This document shows, in pieces, positions 55,571 through 64,000 of a stretch of 64,000 nucleotides of DNA. Each line of letters starts with the position of its first letter. Positions within the stretch are counted from its first letter, which is position 1. The notes below the pieces were generated by a model that had not been told where the DNA came from, did no database searches, and worked only from the letters and a program-made list of their open reading frames with translations. The stretch is from the human T2T-CHM13v2.0 reference genome, Homo sapiens: NCBI RefSeq assembly GCF_009914755.1, contig NC_060933.1; one strand, 5' to 3'. The position numbers and the translations under genes are program-made.

Positions 55571-58500
55571 GCAATGGAATGGAATGGAATGGAATGGAAT
55601 CAACCCGAGTGCAATGGAATGGAGTGGAATGTAATGGAACGGAATGGAACAACCCGAATGGAATGGAATGTAATGGAGAGTAAGGGAGTTGAATAGAATG
55701 AATCCGAATGTAATGGAATGGAATGGAACGGAATGGAATTGAATGGAATGGAATGGAATGCAATGGAATGGAATCAACCCGAGTGCAATGGAATGGAGAG
55801 GAATGGAATGGAATGGAATGGAAACTACCCGAATGGAATGGAATGTAATGGAGTGTAAGGGAATTGAATACAATCAATCCGAAAGTAATGGAATGGAACG
55901 GAATGGAATGGAATGGAATGGAATGGAATGGAATGGAATGCAATGGAATGGAATCAACCCGAGTGCAATCGAATGGAATCGAATGGAATGGAATGCAATG
56001 GAAAGGATTCAACTTGAATGGAATGGAAAGAATGGAATCAACACGAGTGGAATGGCATGGATTGGAATGGAATGGAATGGAATCAACCCGAGTACAGGGG
56101 AATGGAATGGAATGGAATGCAATGGAATGGAATCATCCGTAATGGAATGGAAAGGAATGGAATGGAATGGAATGGAATGGAATGGAATGGAATGGAATCA
56201 ACTCGATTGCAATCGAATGGAATGGAATGGAATTAACCCGAATAGAATGGAATGGAATGGAATGGAACGGAACGGAATGGAATGGAATGGAATGGAATGG
56301 AATGGAACGGAACGGAATGGAATGGAATGGAATGGAATGGAATGGAATCAACGCGAGTGCAGGGGAATGGAATGGAATGGAATGCAATGGAATGGAATCT
56401 TCCGGAATGGAATGGAATGGAATGGAATGAAATGCAATGGATTCAACTCGATTGCAATGGAATGGAATAGAATGGAATGGAATGGAATGGAATGGAATTA
56501 ATCCGAATAGAATGGAATGGAATGGAATGGAACGGAATGGAACGGAATGGACTGGAATGGAATGGAATGGAATGGTATGGAATGGAATGGAATGGTACGG
56601 AATAGAATGGAATGGAACGAATTGTAATGGAATGGAATTGAATGGAATGGAATGGAATGGAATGGAATCAACGCGAGTGCAGGGGAATGTAATGGAACGG
56701 AATGCAATGGAATGGAATCATCCGGAATGGAATGGAATGGAATGGAATGGAATGGAATCAACCCGAGTGCAATGGAATGGAGTGGAATGGAATGGAATGG
56801 AACAACCCGAATGGAATGGAATGAAATGGAGAGTAAGGGAGTTGAATAGAATCAATCCGAATGTAATGGAATGGAATGCAACGGAATGGAATGGAATGGA
56901 ATGGAATGGAATGCAATGGAATTGAATCAACCCGAGTACAATGGAATGGAATGGAATGGAATGGAATGGAATGGAATCGTTCCGAGTGGAATAGGAGGGA
57001 ATGTATTCGAGTGGAATGGAAAGGAAAGGTATCAACCAGAGTGGAATGGAAGGGAATGGAATGGAATGGAAACTAATAGAATGGAATCAACCCAAGTGGA
57101 ATGGAATGGAAAGGACTGGAATGGAATGGAATGGAATGGAATCAACTCGATTGTAATGGAATGGAATGGAATGGAATGCAATGGAATGGAATTAACCCGA
57201 ATACAATGGAATGGAATGGAATGGAACGGAATGGAGTGGAATGGAATGGAATCAACCCGAGTGCAGGAGAATGGAATGGAATGGAATGCATTGGAATGGA
57301 ATCATCCGGAATGGAATGGAAAGGAATGGAATGCAAAGCAATGGAATCAACTCGATTGCAATGGAATTAAATGGAATGGAAAGGAATACATTGGAATCAA
57401 CCCGAGTGGAATGGAATGGAAAGGACTGGAATGGAGTGGAATGGAATGGAATGGAATGGAATGGAATCAACTCGATTGGAATGGAATGGAATGGAATGGA
57501 ATGGAATTAACCCGAATAGAATGGAATGGAATGGAATGGAACGGAACGGAATGGAATGGAATGGAATGGAATGGAATGGATTAAACCCGAGTGCAATGGA
57601 ATGGAGTGGAATGGAATGGAATGGAATGGAACAACCCGAATGGAATGGAATGTAATGGAGAGTAAGGGAGTTGAATAGAATCAATCCGAATGTAATGGAA
57701 TGGAATGGAACGGAATGGAATTGAATGGAATGGAATGGAATGGAATCAACCCGAGTGCAATGGAATGGAGAGGAATGGAATGGAATGGAATGGAAACTAC
57801 CCGAATGGAATGGAATGTAATGGAGTGTAACGGAATTGAATAGAATCAATCCGAATGTAATGGAATGGAATGGAACGGAATGGAATGGAATGGAATGGAA
57901 TGGAATGGAATCGAATGGAATGGAATGCAATGGAATGGAATCAACCCGAGTGCAATCGAATGGAATCGAATGGAATGGAATGCAATGGAATGGATTCAAC
58001 TTGAATTTAATGGAAAGAATGGAATCAACACGAGTGGAATGCCATGGATTGGAATGGAATGGAATGGAATCAACCCGAGTACAGGGGAATGGAATGGAAT
58101 GGAATGCAATGGAATGGAATCATCCGTAATGGAATGGAAAGGAATGGAATGGAATGGAATGGAATGGAATGGAATGGAATGGAATGGAATCAACTCGATT
58201 GCAATCGAATGGAATGGAATGGAATTAACCCGAATAGAATGGAATGGAATGGAATGGAACGGAACGGAATGGAATGGAATGGAATGGAACGGTACGGAAT
58301 GGAATGAGATGGAATGGAATGGAATGGAATCAACGTGAGTGCAGGGGAATGGAATGGAATTAAATGCAATGGAATGGATTCAACTTGAATGGAATGGAAA
58401 GAATGGAATCAACACGAGTGGAATGGCATGGATTGGAAAGGAATGGAATGGAATCAACCCGAGTACATGGGAATGGAATGGAATGGAATGCAATGGAATG

Positions 58501-61500
58501 GAATTATCCGTAATGGAATGGAAAGGAATGGAATGGAATGGAATGGAATGGAATAGAATGGAATGGAATCAACTCGATTGCAATCGAATGGAATGGAATG
58601 GAATTAACCCGAATAGAATGGAATGGAATGGAATGGAACGGAACGGAACGGAATGGAATGGATTGGAATGGAATGGAATGGAATGGAATGGAACGGAAAG
58701 GAATGGAATGGAATGGAATGGAATGGAATGGAATCAACGCGAGTTCAGGGGAATGGAATGGAATGGAATGCAATGGAATGGAATCTTCCGGAATGGAATG
58801 GAATGGAATGGAATGGAATGGAATGGAATGGAATAAACCCGAGTGCAATGGAATGGAGTGGAATGGAATGGAATGGAATGGAACAACCCGAATGGAATGG
58901 AATGTAATGGAGAGTAAGGGAGTTGAATAGAATCAATCCGAATGTAATGGAAAGGAATGGAACGGAATGGAATTGAATGGAATGGAATGGAATGGAATCA
59001 ACCCGAGTGCAATGGAATGGAGAGGAATGGAATGGAATGGAATGGAAACTACCCGAATGGAATGGAATGTAATGGAGTGTAAGGGAATTGAATAGAATCA
59101 ATCCGAATGTAATGGAATGGAATGGAACGGAATGGAATGGGATGGAATGGAATGGAATGGAATGGAATGCAACGGAATGGAATCAACCCGAGTGCAATCG
59201 AATGGAATCCAATGGAATGGAATGCAATGGAATGGATTCAACTTGAATGGAATGGAAAGAATGGAATCAACACGAGTGGAAGGACAAGAATTGGAATGGA
59301 ATGGAATGGAATCAACCCGAGTACAGGGGAATGGAATGGAATGGAATGCAATGGAATGGAATCATCCGAAATGGAATGGAAAGGAATGGAATGGAATGGA
59401 ATGGAATGGAATCAACTCGATTGCAATCGAATGGAATGGAATGGAATTAACCCGAATAGAATGGAATGGAATGGAATGGAACGGAACGGAATGGAATGGA
59501 ATGGAATAGAATGGAATGGAACGGAACGGAACGGAATGGATGGAATGGAATGGAATGGAATGGAATGGAATCAACGCGAGTGCAGGGGAATGGAATGGAA
59601 TGGAATGCAATGGAATGGAATCTTCCGGAATGGAATGGAATGGAATGGAATGAAATGCAATGGATTCAACTCGATTGCAATGCAATGGAATAGAATGGAA
59701 TGGAATGGAATGGAATGGAATGGAATTAACCCGTATAGAATGGAATGGAATGGAATGGAACGGAATGGAACGGAATGGAATGGAATGGAATGGAATGGTA
59801 TGGTATGGAATGGAATGGAATGGTACGGAATAGAATGGAATGGAACGAATTGTAATGGAATGGAATTGAATGGAATGGAATGGAATGGAATGGAATCAAC
59901 GCGAGTGCAGGGGAATGTAATGGAACGGAATGCAATCGAATGGAATCATCCGGAATGGAATGGAATGGAATGGAATGGAATGGAATTAATCTGAATAGAA
60001 TGGAATGGAATGGAATGGAACAGAATGGAACGGAATGGAATGGAATGGAATGGAATGGAATGGTATGGAATGGAACGGAATGCTACGGAATAGAATGTTA
60101 TGGAACGAATTGTAATGGAATGGAATTGAATGGAATGGAATGGAATGGAATGGAATGGAATCAACCCGACTGCAGGGGAATGGAATGGAATGGAATGCAA
60201 TGGAATGGATTCAACTTGAATGGAATGGAAAGAATGGTATCAACACGAGTGGAATGGCATGGATTGGAATGGAATGGAATGGAATCAACCCGAGTACAGG
60301 GGAATGGAATGGAATGGAATGCAATGGAATGGAATCATCCGTAATGAAATGGAAAGGAATGGAATGGAATGGAATGGAATGGAATGGAATGGAATGGAAT
60401 CAACTCGATTGCAATCGAATGGAATGGAATGGAATTAACCCGAATAGAATGGAATGGAATGGAATGGAACGGAACGGAACGGAATGGAATGGAATGGAAT
60501 GGAATGGAACGGAAAGGAATGGAATGAAATGGAATGGAATGGAATGGAATGGAATCAAAGCGAGTGCAGGGGAATGGAATGGAATGGAATGCAATGGAAT
60601 GGAATCTTCCGGAATGGAACGGAATGGAATGGAATGGAATGGAATGGAATGGAATGGAATAAACCCGAGTGCAATGGAATGGAGTGGAATGGAATGGAAT
60701 GGAATGGAACAACCCGAATGGAATGGAATGTAATGGAGAGTAAGGGAGTTGAATAGAATCAATCCGAATGTAATGGAATGGAATGGAACGGAATGGAATT
60801 GAATGGAATGGAATGGAATGCAATGGAATGGAATCAACCCGAGTTCAATGGAATGGAGAGGAATGGAATGGAATTTAATGGAAACTACCCGAATGGAATG
60901 GAATGTAATGGAGTGTAAGGGAATTGAATAGAATCAATCCGAATGTAATGGAATGGAATGAAACGGAATGGAATGGAATGGAATGGAATGGATTGGAATG
61001 GAATTGAACGGAATGGAATGGAATGGAATGGAATGGATTGGAATGGAATGGAATGCAATGGAATGGAATCAACCCGAGTGCAATCGAATGGAATCGAATG
61101 GAAAAGAATGCAATGGAATGGATTCAACTTGAATGGAATGGAAAGAATGGAATCAACACGAGTGGAATGGCATGGATTGGAATGGAATGGAATGGAATCA
61201 ACCCGAGTACAGGGGAATGGAATGGAATGGAATGCAATGGAATGGAATCATCCGTAATGGAATGGAAAGGAATGGAATTGAATGGAATGGAATGGAATGG
61301 AATGGAATGGAATCAACTCGATTGCAATCGAATGGAATGGAATGGAATTAACCCGAATAGAATGGAATGGAATGGAATGGAATGGAACGGAACGGAATGG
61401 AATGGAATGGAATGGAATGGAATGGAACGGAAAGGAAGGGAATGGAATGGAATAGAATGGAATGGAATGGAATCAACGCGAGTGCAGGGGAATGGAATGG

Positions 61501-63650
61501 AATGGAATGCAATGGAATGGAATCTTCCGGAATGGAATGGAATGGAATGGAATGGAATCAACCCGAGTGCAATGGAATGGAGTGGAATGGAATGGAATGG
61601 AATGGAACAACCCGAAAGGAATGGAATGTAATGGAGAGTAAGGGAGTTGAATAGAATCAATCCGAATGTAATGGAATGGAATGGAACGGAATGGAATTGA
61701 ATGGAATGGAATGGAATGCAATGGAATGGAATCAACCCGAGTGCAATGGAATGGAGAGGAATGGAATGGAATTGAATGGAAACTACCCGAATGGAATGGA
61801 ATGTAATGGAGTGTAAGGGAATTAAATAGAATCAATTCGAATGTAATGGAATGGAATGGAATGGAATGGAATGGAATGGAATGGAATAGAATGGAATGGA
61901 ATGCAATGGAATGGAATCAACCCGAGTGCAATCGAATGGAATCGAATGGAATGGAATGCAATGGAATGGATTCAACTTGAATGGAATGGAAAGAATGGAA
62001 TCAACACGAGTGGAATGGCATGGATTGGAATGGAATGGAATGGAATCAACCCGAGTACAGGGGAATGGAATGGAATGGAATGCAATGGAATGGAATCATC
62101 CGTAATGGAATGGAAAGGAATGGAATGGAATGGAATGGAATGGAATGGAATCAACTCGATTGCAATCGAATGGAATGGAATGGAATTAACCCGAATAGAA
62201 TGGAATGGAATGGAATGGAACGGAACGGAATGGAATGGAATGGAATAGAATGGAATGGAACGGAACAGAACGGAATGGAATGGAATGGAATGGAATGGAA
62301 TCAACGCGAGTGCAGGGGAATGGAATGGAATGGAATGCAATGGAATGGAATCTTCCGGAATGGAATGGAATGGAATGGAATGGAATGGAATGGAATCAAC
62401 TCGATTGCAATCGAATGGAATGGAATGGAATTAACCCGAATAGAATGGAATGGAATGGAATGGAACGGAACGTAATGGAATGGAATGGAATGGAATGGAA
62501 TGGAATGGAATGGAACGGAACGGAATGGAATGGAATGGAATGGAATGGAATGGAATCAACTCGAGTGCAGGGGAATGGATTGCAATGGAATGCAATGGAA
62601 TGGAATCTTCCGGAATGGAATGGAATGGAATGGAATGGAATGAAATGCAATGGGTTCAACTCGATTGCAATGGAATGGAATAGAATGGAGTGGAATGGAA
62701 TGGAATGGAATTAATTCGAATAGAATGGAATGGAATGTAATGGAACGGAATATAACGGAATGGAATGGAATGGAATGGAATGGTATGGAATGGAATGGAA
62801 TGGTACGGAATAGAATGGAATGGAACGAATTGTAATGGAATGGAATTGAATGGAATGGAATGGAATGGAATGGAATCAACGCGAGTGCAGGGGAATGTAA
62901 TGGAACGGAATGCAATGGAATGGAATCATCCGCAATGGAATGGAATGGAATGGAATGGAATGGAATCAACCCGAGTGCAATGGAATGGAGTGGAATGGAC
63001 TGGAATGGAATGGAACAACCCGAATGGAATGGAATGTAATGGAGAGTAAGGGAGTTGAATAGAATCAATCCGAATGTAATAGAATGGAATGCAACGGAAT
63101 GGAATGGAATGGAATGGAATGGAATGGAATGCAATGGAATTGAATCAACCCGAGTACAATGGAATGGAATGGAATGGAATGGAATGGAAGGGAATGGAAT
63201 GGAATGGAATGATACGGAATAGAATGGAATGGAACGAAATGGAATGGAATGGAATGGAATGGAATGGAATGGAATGGAATGGAATCGTTCCGAGTGGAAT
63301 AGGAGGGAATGTATTCGAGTGGAATGGAAAGGAATGGAATCAACCAGAGTGGAATGGAAGGGAATGGAATGGAATGGAAACTAATAGAATGGAATCAACC
63401 CGAGAGGAATGGAATGGAAAAGACTGGAATGGAATGGAATGGAAAGGAATCAACTCGATTGTAATGGAATGGAATGGAATGGAATGGAATTAACCCGAAT
63501 AGAATGGAATGGAATGGAATGGAATGGAATGGAACGAAAAGGAAGGGAATGGAATGGAATAGAATGGAATGGAATGGAATCAACGCGAGTGCAGGGGAAT
63601 GGAATGGAATGGAATGCAATGGAATGGAATCTTCCGGAATGGAATGGATT
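55570..63650 (+). repeat. ~8.1 kb higher-order unit, copy 2
   Basis: Same markers as copy 1. About 20 substitutions seen by eye, plus whole-pentamer length differences. Confidence 0.95.
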
Positions 63651-63860
63651 GGAATGGAATGGAATGGAATGGAATGGAATCAACCCGAGTGCAATGGAAT
63701 GGAGTGGAATGTAATGGAATGGAATGGAACAACCCGAATGGAATGGAATGTAATGGAGAGTAAGGGAGTTGAATAGAATGAATCCGAATGTAATGGAATG
63801 GAATGGAACGGAATGGAATTGAATGGAATGGAATGGAATGCAATGGAATGGAATCAACCC
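63650..63860 (+). repeat. Truncated start of a third ~8.1 kb unit
   Basis: The private variant GAATAGAATGAATCC occurs at ~47566, ~55691 and ~63771. Colinearity breaks at CAACCCGATGTCAAT (~63855-63869). Confidence 0.75.
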
Positions 63861-64000
63861 GATGTCAATGGAATGGAATGGAATGGAATGGAATGGAATG
63901 GAATGGAATGGAATGATACGGAATAGAATGGAATGGAACGAAATGGAATGGAATGGAATGGAATGGAAGGGAATGGAATGGAATGGAATGGAATGGAATG

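Larger units (their letters stand above)
1..64000 (+). repeat. Satellite III (HSat3-type) tandem array, (GGAAT)n with CAACCCGA(G/A)T decamer interruptions
   Basis: Continuous GGAAT pentamers from first to last base, with frequent CAACCCGAGT/CAACCCGAAT (reverse complement A(C/T)TCGGGTTG, the classical satellite 3 decamer). Orientation never changes and there are no non-satellite inserts. Species, chromosome and subfamily cannot be fixed from the sequence alone. Confidence 0.97.

Noticed and set aside
6-63857. Hundreds of ORFs (MEWNG repeats on +, IPFHS repeats on -) as protein-coding genes
   Set aside because: (GGAAT)3 is 15 nt, contains ATG and has no stop codon in any frame on either strand. 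Overlapping ORFs in all six frames are therefore expected, and none has a domain, codon structure or gene context.
1-64000. CRISPR-like repeat/spacer array (recurrent CAACCCGAGT with intervening sequence)
   Set aside because: The intervening sequence is GGAAT repeat of variable length, not unique spacers, and there is no leader or cas gene.
1-64000. HSat2, alpha satellite or telomeric repeat
   Set aside because: There are long pure GGAAT runs with the satellite 3 decamer rather than the diverged CATTCGATTC-type HSat2 unit. I saw no 171-bp monomer and no TTAGGG.
1-64000. Assignment to a specific chromosome, HSat3 subfamily or species
   Set aside because: This needs k-mer classification or mapping to T2T assemblies and cannot be supported by eye.

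Overview
The whole 64 kb window is one uninterrupted array of classical satellite III (HSat3-type, primate and most likely human pericentromeric heterochromatin). (GGAAT)n runs on the + strand, punctuated by the diagnostic CAACCCGA(G/A)T decamer and other variant words. I found no genes, RNA genes, transposons, strand inversions or unique sequence. The MEWNG/IPFHS ORFs are arithmetic by-products of a stop-free pentamer. The real structure is internal: (1) a very recent ~8.1 kb tandem duplication (47.4-63.9 kb), older ~1.5 kb, ~3.0 kb and ~3.1 kb tandem duplications, and dispersed paralogous blocks 9.6-38 kb apart; (2) two interleaved sequence dialects (A and B) with distinct variant words; (3) about 39 perfect three-unit heat-shock elements (GAAnnTTCnnGAA) made by an in-phase CTTCC word and seen only in dialect A; (4) a 5-bp register that slips only in the deletion direction. 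I found no evidence of a novel protein-coding system. Boundaries and counts were read by eye and are approximate.
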